64,000 nucleotides of DNA from Desulfobacterales bacterium (GTDB lineage: Bacteria; Desulfobacterota; Desulfobacteria; Desulfobacterales; UBA5852): NCBI GenBank assembly GCA_963674755.2, contig CAXXVS010000003.1:1216001-1280000 (forward strand). Reading direction: 5' to 3'. Position numbers and translations under genes: made by a program. Position 1 is the stretch's first letter, and each line of letters begins with the position of its first letter. This document shows positions 21,000-30,920 of this stretch, piece after piece. The notes under the pieces were generated by a model. The model saw only the letters and a list, made by a program, of their open reading frames with translations, ran no database searches and was not told the origin of the DNA.

Positions 21000-23285
21000 C
21001 TAGAACCGCCAGCTCAGGAACGCGGAAAACATGTGGCTCTGTTCCGAGCTGCTCATCTCACCGTCATATTCCAGATTGAAGGTGTAGTTGTCTTTGACAA
21101 AGGCGACACCGGCCTCACAGGTGAAGTGGGTGTCGTCGTTGTCCGTGGTCACCCGGGCCGAAGTGGTGGGAAGGTACTGGCGGACGGTAATATCGTTGGA
21201 GGACAGGCTCTGGCGCACGCCAACCCCGAGATAGGGGGAAATCTTCTTATTCTGCTGCTGATAGTGCCCGAAAGCCAGCAAAGAGGCAGTCCCTTCGCAA
21301 AAGACCTTGTCCAGGTCATTGTAGGACACGGCATTCACCGCGTTTTTTTCAGAAAAGGATTCGCGGTGCAGCCATGTGGCGGAAAGTCCGGCCCTGGGCG
21401 TAAGGTCCCAGTTGTCCGAAACATTCCATTCATAAGCGCCGGTGAGCTGGTTGCGCAAAAGGTTGCTCGCGTAGTCGGCATCGGCGGTTTCATTCAGGCC
21501 GGCGTTGCGCTCATAGGTATTGCTCACCCGCGAATAGGTAAGGCTGTCCGTCACACGCCACGGGCCGGTACGATATCCCACATAGGGTCCCACGGTAAAC
21601 ATGACCTGGCGTTCCCGATCATCTCTATAGAAGACATCCCCTGTGAAGTCCACGGTGGTGTGGCCCACCCCGGCCATTACACCCACCAACCAGTTCCTGC
21701 TGACGAGGGTGTCCATCCCGGCGATCATTTCAATGAAATCCGCATCGTACCCTTCGGAGCTCCCGGCGTCTCGCTGGGACCTGCCGGCCACGGGGCGCAA
21801 GAAAAAGTATTTACCGGGATCGTCCAGGCGGAGGAGTCCCGTGATGTCTTCGGTGCTGGCCAGCATCTGCCGCTTTTCCCGGGAGGGAACGCCCGTGTCG
21901 GCGAGGCGCGAGGTGGCGCGCTTCATAGCGGTCTGCGCGAACCTGCCCGTGGCGGCAAGGTTATTCATGGCACCCAAGGAGCTTGTGTCCGCCTGCGGGG
22001 TGAACGCCGTGGATACGGTGATGGCGCTGGTCGAGGACGTGGTGTCGGTGATAGTGAAGTTGGGGTTCTGGTCCGTGATCAAGGTGTATCCGTCGATGAC
22101 GCCGGAAGTGGATACCAGGGTGCTGGTGGTGGCGGCGCCCGCGGCCGTGCTGTACACGACGATGCTGCCGCTCAGGTTCGGGCTGTTGGCGCTGGTGACG
22201 CTGGCCGTGCCCTGTCCGGAGGCGTAAACGCCCAAGGTGGCCCCGGAGGCGAGGGCCAGATCACCGGTGGCGTAGCTGATGCCCCGGGCCACGCGAAACG
22301 TGCCCGCTTGAATATCCGTGCCGCCGACGACACCCGAGGCCACGTCCTTGGTGATGGTCCAGAGCCCGGAACCGGTCTTGTGCAGGGTTCCCCAGGCGCC
22401 GGTGATGGTAAAGTCCACCGTGCCTTCGTTGTCCAGGTAGAGGTTGTTGTTGATGGACGAACTATAAACCTCTCCGGACAGAATATGGGTTCCAGGCAGC
22501 AGGTGCACGTCGCTGTAGTTGTTTGCATAAATGGCGTATGCGGTGCCGCCGCCCAAGGCTGTGGCGGATATTGTGCCGGAGTTGCGAAATGTCACGCGTT
22601 CGGTGCCGTACCCGTTGGCGTAAACGGCCTGGGCGTCACTATTGGCACCGTGGGTGACGGCGGCGACCGTACCGGAGTTCGCGGTTGCAATGTTTACGCC
22701 GGACGCCATGAAGGCCCGGACCATGCTGCCGTCGCCATATGAGGTGACGGTGACCGTGCCGGAATTGGTCAGCATGAGGTTATCGTTAAGTCCATCAACA
22801 CCCTGGGTACGGGAATGATCGCCATACGAGGTGACGGTGACAGTTCCCTGGTTGATGATCGCCTTAGCCGATGCCTCCGAATGCATTCCTCTTGGACCGA
22901 GAAAATCGCCATAGGCGGTGACGTTGATATCGCCCCGGTTGATCAACACGCCCGTGGCGTCGACGTGCATGCCATATATGTATATGGTTGAGCTGTCGTT
23001 GTTGGTCGCGGTCAGAGAGATGGACCCCTGGTTGGTGACGGTGTTGGATCCGGTGACATTGATGCCGCCGAAAAAATTGCCTGCCGAAGAACCACTGGGC
23101 CGGACCCAGGTTCCGGTGAGGGTGTCGGTAAATACCAGGTCGTCTGAGGTGGACAGGGCGTAGCCGCCTTCGCCCGAATAGGTGATGTCCGCCGCATGGA
23201 TTCGGTGCGGGAGCAGAACCGTGAGTGAACAGAAAAGCAGGATCGGCAGCATGGCCCGTTGCCGAGCCCATGCCTCTGAGAACAT
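21000..23285 (-). CDS. Autotransporter (beta-helix passenger plus C-terminal beta-barrel)
   Basis: Repeated NxGTVTVT passenger motifs; LHKTGSGLWTI; alternating barrel ending in SWRF. Confidence 0.85.
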   Translation of the reverse strand: MFSEAWARQRAMLPILLFCSLTVLLPHRIHAADITYSGEGGYALSTSDDLVFTDTLTGTWVRPSGSSAGNFFGGINVTGSNTVTNQGSISLTATNNDSSTIYIYGMHVDATGVLINRGDINVTAYGDFLGPRGMHSEASAKAIINQGTVTVTSYGDHSRTQGVDGLNDNLMLTNSGTVTVTSYGDGSMVRAFMASGVNIATANSGTVAAVTHGANSDAQAVYANGYGTERVTFRNSGTISATALGGGTAYAIYANNYSDVHLLPGTHILSGEVYSSSINNNLYLDNEGTVDFTITGAWGTLHKTGSGLWTITKDVASGVVGGTDIQAGTFRVARGISYATGDLALASGATLGVYASGQGTASVTSANSPNLSGSIVVYSTAAGAATTSTLVSTSGVIDGYTLITDQNPNFTITDTTSSTSAITVSTAFTPQADTSSLGAMNNLAATGRFAQTAMKRATSRLADTGVPSREKRQMLASTEDITGLLRLDDPGKYFFLRPVAGRSQRDAGSSEGYDADFIEMIAGMDTLVSRNWLVGVMAGVGHTTVDFTGDVFYRDDRERQVMFTVGPYVGYRTGPWRVTDSLTYSRVSNTYERNAGLNETADADYASNLLRNQLTGAYEWNVSDNWDLTPRAGLSATWLHRESFSEKNAVNAVSYNDLDKVFCEGTASLLAFGHYQQQNKKISPYLGVGVRQSLSSNDITVRQYLPTTSARVTTDNDDTHFTCEAGVAFVKDNYTFNLEYDGEMSSSEQSHMFSAFLSWRF

Positions 23286-23979
23286 GAGAACCGGGATGCC
23301 CTTCAATAAAAGGGCATGATGAAGAGAAAGAGCGCTTGGCAGTCTGCTTTTTGCAAGGAGAGATATTTGAAAATACACGTTTACCCCCGGTTTTTATGAA
23401 TGCCGTCGATTTCGAACACCAAACGAAGCCAAACATTTATGATGGATTTTGCGCAAAGTCAATATATATAACAATATCAATATGATATATGCTATTGCGC
23501 TATCGTAGTGGGCATCGAAGAGAATGCAGGTGGGAGATTGGAGGGCGAGATCCGCGACCCATGATTCGAAGGCATCGGCAAACTTCGTATAGGTCGAGGC
23601 ACAACGGGCGGCAGCAATGATTAGAGGATTGGAGAAGCTGAAAGCAATGCTCATTCTCGGAGCATCCGGCCCTGAAACAAGTGCGCCGCGGATCTCGTTA
23701 ACTGGCCTTTTTGATATGATACATGACTCGTAATGTCAATATTTACTTTTAATATCAAATAGACGGGATGGTTGGCATTGGCTTTCTGGATAGGGGCGAC
23801 CCATTTGCAAAGATTTTTTCGATGCATCGCCGGGCGTTCCAAGGCCCTGAACGGATAACCTCCAATTGTTCGAGACGGTTTTGTGATTTCGCCTGGATCA
23901 GAGAAGAAGCAATGAGCGGCTTTTCTAAACCACACAATTGATGAATGTCGGCCAGACCACGCCAAAGATTGGTCCTGCG

Positions 23980-24222
23980 CTAGAGACCGCTCCAGGGATC
24001 ATCTCGGAGTAGACCTGCGAATCGTGGGGAACGATGACTCGCCGCGGGCCTGATGCGTTCTCCGGCGGCGATCAGGATGTCGGCCAGTCGCAGCCGGGCC
24101 GCTTGGAGCGCCCGCCGTCGGTTGCGGCGGGACAGGCGGCTAAGGCCGAGGCCGGCCGCCTCGCGGTCCAGATCCTTCAGTCGTTCAGCATTCAACCGCT
24201 GCATCGTGTAAGGATCGATCAT
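23980..24222 (-). CDS. Small hypothetical protein
   Basis: GGAGA RBS; MIDPYTMQRLNAERLKDL..RLADILIAAGERI; overlaps the end of the DUF2917 gene. Confidence 0.55.
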   Translation of the reverse strand: MIDPYTMQRLNAERLKDLDREAAGLGLSRLSRRNRRRALQAARLRLADILIAAGERIRPAASHRSPRFAGLLRDDPWSGL

Positions 24223-24487
24223 GCTGCTTCTCCTTTCCATGCACCGCCGGGGCCAAGGGGCGGATCCGGACCACGGATGGTGCGAAGGCCTGAACGCAGA
24301 TGCTGCCTTTGGAACGCAGCATGACCTGCTGGCCCTCCTGGACAATGCGATCGCCGCATACCCCATCGGTAATCCAAAGCAGGCCGCTCAGGCAGGTGAT
24401 TTCCAGTTGCCGGCCTTTCAGGGTCAGGACCTGGTTGTCGGTCATCGCAATGCGCTGTGGCCGGCAAAACATGGATAGGCTGGACAT
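24185..24487 (-). CDS. DUF2917-family protein
   Basis: ITCLSGLLWIT..DRIV motif; divergent from a MocR regulator. Confidence 0.75.
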   Translation of the reverse strand: MSSLSMFCRPQRIAMTDNQVLTLKGRQLEITCLSGLLWITDGVCGDRIVQEGQQVMLRSKGSICVQAFAPSVVRIRPLAPAVHGKEKQHDRSLHDAAVEC

Positions 24488-24715
24488 GACCGTCGTTCCT
24501 TTCGAAAAGGTTCTCCGTTATTAAGGACAAAATAGATCGGGAACGGCGGAACCGGTAGCAGCAGCCCGCGAAAAGCCGATGGGCACACTTCATTTTTTCA
24601 GGCAACTGTACCCGTCGATTTGACGGCCAACTGTGTATTTTATTAATTTTCGCGTTAGGATATGGATGCGATAAGGCACGGGTCTCCCGGAAACCGGGAT
24701 GGCATCAGCCGTTAT

Positions 24716-24889
24716 ATAATGCCCATCCAGAGATGGTAGATTTCGGTTCCGGCCAAGGCCGCAGTGATTTGGAAACGGACGGCGTAGCCGTATGAGCGAC
24801 AGCGTTGCGTAGCCCGGCTACGTCGAGGATTTCCAAAGAGCGAGAACGCAGGCCGGGGTCGAAAGATGCCTTCTATGGATGGACATTAT
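24716..24889. mobile_element. MITE-like element with about 39-bp imperfect terminal inverted repeats
   Basis: ATAATGCCCATCCAGAGATGGTAGATTTCGGTTCCGGCC versus reverse complement ATAATGTCCATCCATAGAAGGCATCTTTCGACCCCGGCC. Confidence 0.65.
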
Positions 24890-24903
24890 CCAGGGAGACG
24901 GAC

Positions 24904-26364
24904 ATGCATGCTAAAACCACCCTCTATAAACAGGTTTCCCAGCGTATCAGCCATTTGATCGAAAACGGCGTGCTCAAGGAAGGGGACCGCCTGCCCTCCT
25001 TGCGCCGGCTGAGCGAAGAGATGCAGGTCAGTATCAATACCGTCAAAGAGGCTTATTGGCGGCTGGAAAATCAGAATCGAATCACGGCCGTGCCGCAATC
25101 CGGCTATTATGTCCGCAAACAACCGCAGCTCAGCTCGGCCCATTGCCCAGTGGACCCCACAAAACTGGACCCCCAGGAGATCACCCTTTGCCAGATCTTC
25201 GGCGCTTTTCAGGACGTGGGGCAGTCCACCCCGGAAATCCGTCTGGCGGTGGCCCACATGGATCCGGCCTTTTGGCCGGCCAAGACCCTGGGCCGCTACT
25301 TCCAGGAAGCCGCCCGCCACCAGCCGGAGGAAGCCTTTACCTATCGCATCGCACCGGGCAGCCGGGCGCTGCGCGAGCAAATCGCCCACCAGAGTATCGC
25401 CTGCGGTCTGGATATCGCGCCCGATGATGTCGTCATCACCAATGGGTGTCAGGAGGCCCTCTTTCTGGCCCTGATGACGATTTGCGAGCCCGGCGACACG
25501 GTGGTCCTGGAAAGTCCGATCTATTTCAGCCTGATTGATCTGCTGCGGCAGCTCAAGCTGAAAATCATCGAGATTCCGACGACCGACGACGAAGGCATCT
25601 CCCTGGAGACGCTGCGCTTCGTCCTGGACAACCACCCGGTCAAAGCCATGTTTTCCATCCCCAATTTCAACAACCCCATGGGCTTCACCATGCCGTCCTG
25701 GAAGAAAAAGAAGCTGGTGCAGCTCCTGGCGCAGCGCCGCATTCCCTTGATCGAAGATGATATCTACGGTGATCTGTGTTTTGGATCGCGCCCCGAACCG
25801 TGCAAAGTCTACGATAAGCGAGGCGAGGTGATCATGTGCTCGTCTTTTTCCAAAACCATCACCCCGGGACTGCGGGTTGGCTGGATGCTGCCGGGAAAGT
25901 ATGCCGCCCAGGTCAACCGGCTCAAAACGCTCATCAACCTTTCCAATGCCCCCATCAACCAGATGGTCGTGGCGCGCTTTTTAAAGGAGGGCGGCTACCG
26001 ACAGCACATGCGCCGGGTGCGCCGGCAACTCCACGTTCAAGTGGAGGCGTTGCGCGCGGCGATATTGAAATATTTCCCTGCCGGAACGAACGTCACCCGT
26101 CCGGACGGCGGCCTTTTCGTCTGGATCGAACTGCCGGAGGCCTTCGACACCGATCTTCTCTACCGCCGGGCGGTCCGGTCCGGCATCATGTTCGCCCCCG
26201 GCACCCTCTTTTCCTTTCACAATCGCTACAACCACCACCTGCGCCTGAGTTCCGGGACATGGAACGACCGGGTGGAAAAAGCCATCGCCCATCTGGGGCA
26301 CCTGTGCGTCCGAATGCGGCCCGATCGAACCGATGACAAGGACCGTCAGTTCGCAGTCGGTTAG
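24904..26364 (+). CDS. MocR/GabR-family regulator (GntR HTH plus PLP aminotransferase domain)
   Basis: GDRLPSLR..SINTV; TNGCQEAL; EDDIYG; SFSKTITPGLRVGW. Confidence 0.92.
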   Translation: MHAKTTLYKQVSQRISHLIENGVLKEGDRLPSLRRLSEEMQVSINTVKEAYWRLENQNRITAVPQSGYYVRKQPQLSSAHCPVDPTKLDPQEITLCQIFGAFQDVGQSTPEIRLAVAHMDPAFWPAKTLGRYFQEAARHQPEEAFTYRIAPGSRALREQIAHQSIACGLDIAPDDVVITNGCQEALFLALMTICEPGDTVVLESPIYFSLIDLLRQLKLKIIEIPTTDDEGISLETLRFVLDNHPVKAMFSIPNFNNPMGFTMPSWKKKKLVQLLAQRRIPLIEDDIYGDLCFGSRPEPCKVYDKRGEVIMCSSFSKTITPGLRVGWMLPGKYAAQVNRLKTLINLSNAPINQMVVARFLKEGGYRQHMRRVRRQLHVQVEALRAAILKYFPAGTNVTRPDGGLFVWIELPEAFDTDLLYRRAVRSGIMFAPGTLFSFHNRYNHHLRLSSGTWNDRVEKAIAHLGHLCVRMRPDRTDDKDRQFAVG

Positions 26365-26478
26365 CCGTCGCAATACGCCCGTCCTCAGATAAGAAACACC
26401 GGGTGGTTTCGCTAAGCCATGCGACAGATGAATATCGTCGAAACGACCGAATGGTTTCGGCCGCGCTAGGGTGTCGCC

Positions 26479-27453
26479 TCACACTCGGGTAAACCCGTAT
26501 GTGGCTGTGCGCTTATCCCCGCTTTTTTTAAGGCGCCCCGTTTGAACGCCGAGCTGGAGATCGCGGCTGGCGGTGGCGGTGGAGATGGTTTTGAAAATGG
26601 AAAGATAGTCTTTGCGTGTGAAGGATTGACGGCTGAAAGTGCTTTGGGCCAGTTCAAGCCTGGCCGCGGCATCGAGGGAGACGGGTCCGGTTTGGCTGAT
26701 TAATTCGTCTAACGCTTCACTGATCAGCGCCAGCATCAGGGCCACAAAACCCGTGCAGTCGCCGGTATCGTCGCCAGCCGCCAGTTCACGGTAGTAGTCC
26801 TGCTGGTGGTTTTTAATGTAGGCTTCAACGGGTAGAAATTCGAAAATCGAGTGATAGCGCATCAGAATCAGGGTTTGCCAAAGCCGGCCCATACGCCCGT
26901 TGCCGTCCATAAAGGGATGAATGCATTCCAACTGGTAATGGAAGCGGCAGGATTGAACCAGCAGGTGGTCGTTTGTCGTTCCGAGGTAATCGAAAAGGGC
27001 TTGGGCCATGGGCGCCACCTCCGGCCACGGGGGCGCTTCATGAAACCGATCGCCCGGGCGGAGCACCCCGATCGGCCCTTTTCGAAATGCGCCGGCCGAC
27101 GGGATCAAGCCTTGCATCATGATCCGGTGGGCCCTTAAAAGCGAATCCAGGGAACCTGGATCGAATTTGTCCAACTGGTCATAAACGGCAATGGCATTCC
27201 GGACTTCGAGGATATCCTGGCTGGGACCGATGACGCGTTTGCGATCGATCAATGCGGTTACCTGATCGTGCGTAAGGGAATTGCCTTCGATGGACAGGGA
27301 GGCCTGGATGGTCTGGATGCGTTTTTCCCGGCGTAGTTTTGGCGTGGGCCGTTGAAGATTGATTCCCTCCAATTGGCCAATCCGTTTGGCGATATCCGTC
27401 AAGCGGTGAATCACATCGGCGGTTGCGCGGTAAGGGGCTAATGGTTGTTTCAT
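26479..27453 (-). CDS. Fic-domain protein with C-terminal winged helix
   Basis: HPFMDGNGRMGR Fic motif; SLSIEGN inhibitory motif. Confidence 0.9.
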   Translation of the reverse strand: MKQPLAPYRATADVIHRLTDIAKRIGQLEGINLQRPTPKLRREKRIQTIQASLSIEGNSLTHDQVTALIDRKRVIGPSQDILEVRNAIAVYDQLDKFDPGSLDSLLRAHRIMMQGLIPSAGAFRKGPIGVLRPGDRFHEAPPWPEVAPMAQALFDYLGTTNDHLLVQSCRFHYQLECIHPFMDGNGRMGRLWQTLILMRYHSIFEFLPVEAYIKNHQQDYYRELAAGDDTGDCTGFVALMLALISEALDELISQTGPVSLDAAARLELAQSTFSRQSFTRKDYLSIFKTISTATASRDLQLGVQTGRLKKSGDKRTATYGFTRV

Positions 27454-27459
27454 TTTAGA

Positions 27460-27481
27460 GATAGTATCATACGATACTATC
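27460..27481. promoter_or_regulatory. Perfect palindrome, possible operator of the Fic gene
   Basis: GATAGTATC-ATAC-GATACTATC immediately upstream of the start codon. Confidence 0.5.
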
Positions 27482-27676
27482 ATGGTCAATGGCCAGGCGA
27501 CCCGCAATCGATGCGCCGTTTCTTCAAGCGGGTGCAATGACGCTAATCGAGGCCCCAAGGCCAACCAGTGTACCTTCTACCGGGCTCCGCCGGCACGGCA
27601 ATGCGGCGTTGGGTTTCCGGTCGCGCCATCCGTTACACAAGCGCCGCCGAGGGAGAAAAAGGCCATCCGCTGGGGA

Positions 27677-28765
27677 TTATAAGGGCTGGGTTGCCGCCAA
27701 AACAGCGCGTTCCGCACTGGAAAGGGCGCCTTCAAGGTAACCGCGCAGATGGTCTGCGGTTTCTGTGCCGGCAAAATGCAAGGTGCCGTCCCAGATGCTT
27801 GTTTTACCGGAAGGCGGCTGGAACTCGGGATGGTTGTGGGCCGCCCGCTGGTCATATTCAGTGGCGGTAAATTCTTCCCTGGCCCAATCCTGATAATAGG
27901 TTCGGACGGGCCGTCCGGCCGCCGGTCCGTAAAGCAGAGGCAGCTGGCTGAGGATGGCCTGGATCATGCTCGCGCTATGTTTGCGCCGCAAGGCCGGGAT
28001 GCCGACAAATCCGGTCAGGCCATAGGGCCTGTTGGTTTCACTGGATCCGTCGTGAATCTCCCCCAGGGGGCCGCACAGGCTGAACCCCTGGCCGGAAAGG
28101 CCTATTTCCCGCCAGTCGGCTTCATCATACAGGGCAAAAAATTTCGCCTGGCCCGCCATCCAGGTGCTTGATTTCAGCATGGCCTGGATAAGACCGAAGG
28201 CCAGATCAGGTGTAAACAAAATGGAGCGCGCGGCAAGCCGGGGTGGCAAAGCGAGAATGATCCCGGAGGCCTTCAGCCGGCACCTGGGTTCCTGGTCCAG
28301 ACGCCCCACCGTAACCTGAACACCCTTCTCCCGCCGATCGATCTCGCATACCGGATGATTCAGCCGGATGACATTTGGGGGAATCCGGGCGCAAAGCCCC
28401 TCGACAAGCGAGATCATACCGCCACAAAGCCGATATCCGGGCGGCTCCATGGGATAGCCTTCAATGGTCTCCGTATGGCCATCCTTGGCCTGGAATCGGC
28501 ATAGGCCCGTTTCAAACTGGGGATAGCCTTTAAGGCCCAGGGTTTGTATCAGCGCGTTGACCTTGGGGTTGATCGCGGGCCAATACCAGGATGGCCCCAG
28601 GTCGGCAAAAAAGCCGCGATGCTCCGGACTTAAAATCCGGCCGCCCAGGCGGGATCGGGCTTCAAGCAAAACAAAAGAGGTTTTCCTGGCCGCCAGCAGA
28701 AAGGCCGCATAAATTCCGCTGAGGCCGCCCCCAATGATGATGGTATCCACTTCTTCCGTTTGCAT
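27677..28765 (-). CDS. Flavin monoamine oxidase-family FAD oxidoreductase
   Basis: IIGGGLSG..LEARSRLGGR; DLGPSW; FAGTET..GYLEGA. Confidence 0.88.
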   Translation of the reverse strand: MQTEEVDTIIIGGGLSGIYAAFLLAARKTSFVLLEARSRLGGRILSPEHRGFFADLGPSWYWPAINPKVNALIQTLGLKGYPQFETGLCRFQAKDGHTETIEGYPMEPPGYRLCGGMISLVEGLCARIPPNVIRLNHPVCEIDRREKGVQVTVGRLDQEPRCRLKASGIILALPPRLAARSILFTPDLAFGLIQAMLKSSTWMAGQAKFFALYDEADWREIGLSGQGFSLCGPLGEIHDGSSETNRPYGLTGFVGIPALRRKHSASMIQAILSQLPLLYGPAAGRPVRTYYQDWAREEFTATEYDQRAAHNHPEFQPPSGKTSIWDGTLHFAGTETADHLRGYLEGALSSAERAVLAATQPL

Positions 28766-29055
28766 ATCGACTTTGTGTCCTCGTTTCCCGGATCGCCATC
28801 AAACCGTCCGTCTTTGGCGCAAAACCGTTATGCGCATGCAACATCAAAGAATCAATGCTTTCTATCCGGAAAATAATTAAAAAAAACGTCCCATCTTTGA
28901 TTCCGCTACCAGGTTTTCATCGCCACAAGGCGGCCTGCGATAGCCCGGCAATTTGGGGGAACCCGGCTTGACAGGGTTCGCTTCGGTAGCCAGCTTATTT
29001 CTAATTTTAACCGGGACTAAGTGGTCCTTTTCGAAAAAACGGTGACGCGCTGAGG

Positions 29056-30648
29056 TTGCGAAGGAGCACCCCCGTCGCGCATGGCCTGGAGTTCGATCCA
29101 TGGAACAGCGCCCGGGGGGAATGCCGCGAAGCCGACGAGAACCTGATCGACGAAAGAAATGGGTTTCCGAAAACGAACGCAAGCAATCCAACCATCATCG
29201 TGATCTTCGGGGCCACGGGGGATTTGACCCGGCGCAAGCTGATGCCGGCCCTGTTCGATGCCTTTCGCAAGGGACGCCTGCCTGCGAAGCTCTACATCAT
29301 GGGGTTTGCGCGCACCACCTGGGACGATGACGCCTTTCGCGCGGCCATGCGGCAGGGCCTGGCGGAGTTCAACGGGGCGGTGGACCGGCAGGCCTGGGAA
29401 GCCTTTGCGCCCTGTCTGCACTTCCAGTCCGGCGACCTGACCGCGGATGCCGATGTGGCTGCTCTGGAGCGGGCCCTGGGGGCCCTGACGCCCGGCGAAA
29501 GCGAGCGCCTTTATTACATGGCCGTCTCCCCCCGTTTTTTCGTCCCGGCCGTCAAGCATCTGGGGGCCAACGGCATGGCCGAAGAATCCCGCGGCCGGCG
29601 GCGCATCGTGATCGAGAAACCCTTCGGGCAGGATCTCGACTCGGCCACGGCCCTGGACCGCTCGGTGCACGCGGTGTTCGACGAAAGCCAGGTCTTTCGC
29701 ATCGACCATTACCTGGGCAAGGAAACCGCCCAGAATATCCTCTATTTTCGCTTTGCCAACGCGGTCTACGAGCCCGTCTGGAACCGCAACTACATTTCCA
29801 ATGTTCAGATTACGGTGGCCGAGAGCGTGGATGTGGGGCATCGGGCGGCCTACTACGACCAGGCCGGGGTGCTACGCGACATGTTTCAGAATCATTTGCT
29901 GCAGCTGCTGACCCTGGTGGCCATGGAGCCGCCGGCGCCCTTTAACGCCACCACCCTCAGGGACGAGAAAGTCAAGGTGCTCAGCGCCATCCGCCCTATT
30001 GATCTGTCCCACACGGTGCGCGCGCAATATGCGGATTACAGCGAAACGCCCGGCGTGCCGGCCGATTCGCAAACCCCCACCTTTGCGGCCCTCAAGCTCT
30101 TCATCGACAATTGGCGCTGGCAGGGGGTGCCCTTTTATCTGCGCTCGGGCAAAGCCCTGGCACACAAGGCCTCGGAGATCAATATCGAATTCAAGCGCCC
30201 GCCCTATGCCATGTTCCAGGCCTTTCACTGCCCGACCCCCAACCGCCTTTCCTTTTGCGTGCAGCCGGACGAAGGGATCCATTTTCGGTTGGAGGCCAAG
30301 GTACCGGACGAGCCCCGCCAGATCAAATCCGTGGAGATGCAATTCCATTTCCGGGAGGCCTTCGCGCACAACCAATTGCCCGAGGCTTACGAGCGGCTGT
30401 TGCTGGATGCCATTCACGGCGACGCCTCTTTATTTGCCCGCAGCGATGAAATCCAGTGGGCCTGGCGGTTGGTGGACCCCGTGATCCGGGGCTGGGAGAC
30501 ACCCGCGGCACCGCCCCTGGTCACCTACCCGCGCGACTCCTGGGGCCCCCAGGCCGCCGATGATCTGCTGGCCCGCGAGGGGCATGCCTGGCAAATGGGC
30601 TGCATCGACCATCATGGGAACGATCAGTCGGATTGCGACCTGAAATGA
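29056..30648 (+). CDS. zwf: Glucose-6-phosphate 1-dehydrogenase; true start probably near 29150-29190
   Basis: [38 protein letters not shown]. Confidence 0.95.
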   Translation: MRRSTPVAHGLEFDPWNSARGECREADENLIDERNGFPKTNASNPTIIVIFGATGDLTRRKLMPALFDAFRKGRLPAKLYIMGFARTTWDDDAFRAAMRQGLAEFNGAVDRQAWEAFAPCLHFQSGDLTADADVAALERALGALTPGESERLYYMAVSPRFFVPAVKHLGANGMAEESRGRRRIVIEKPFGQDLDSATALDRSVHAVFDESQVFRIDHYLGKETAQNILYFRFANAVYEPVWNRNYISNVQITVAESVDVGHRAAYYDQAGVLRDMFQNHLLQLLTLVAMEPPAPFNATTLRDEKVKVLSAIRPIDLSHTVRAQYADYSETPGVPADSQTPTFAALKLFIDNWRWQGVPFYLRSGKALAHKASEINIEFKRPPYAMFQAFHCPTPNRLSFCVQPDEGIHFRLEAKVPDEPRQIKSVEMQFHFREAFAHNQLPEAYERLLLDAIHGDASLFARSDEIQWAWRLVDPVIRGWETPAAPPLVTYPRDSWGPQAADDLLAREGHAWQMGCIDHHGNDQSDCDLK

Positions 30649-30920
30649 TGACGCGGAGCCTGTCGGTGGAGCTCGCCCCTTACGGCATTACCATCAATTC
30701 CATCGCCCCGGGCGCGATCGAAACGCCGATCAACACGACCCTGCTGAACAATCCGGCAAAGCTGAAGGCGCGGGAGGCGAACATTCCCCTCAGGCGCCTA
30801 GGCGCGCTCCGCGACGTGGCGGGCGCCGTGGTGTTTCGGGCGTCACGGGCCGCCGATTACATTACCGGTACGACGCTTTTGGTCGATGGAGGCCTGGTGT
30901 GGAATTATCAGGAACGATGA
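30645..30920 (+). pseudogene. C-terminal fragment of an SDR (glucose 1-dehydrogenase-like)
   Basis: ELAPYGITINSIAPGAIETP..YITGTTLLVDGG; lacks TGxxxGIG and YxxxK. Confidence 0.8.

Noticed and set aside
23394..23965. Short ORFs in the AT-rich gap, possibly another transposase tail
   Set aside because: No clear motif or RBS; similarity too weak to call
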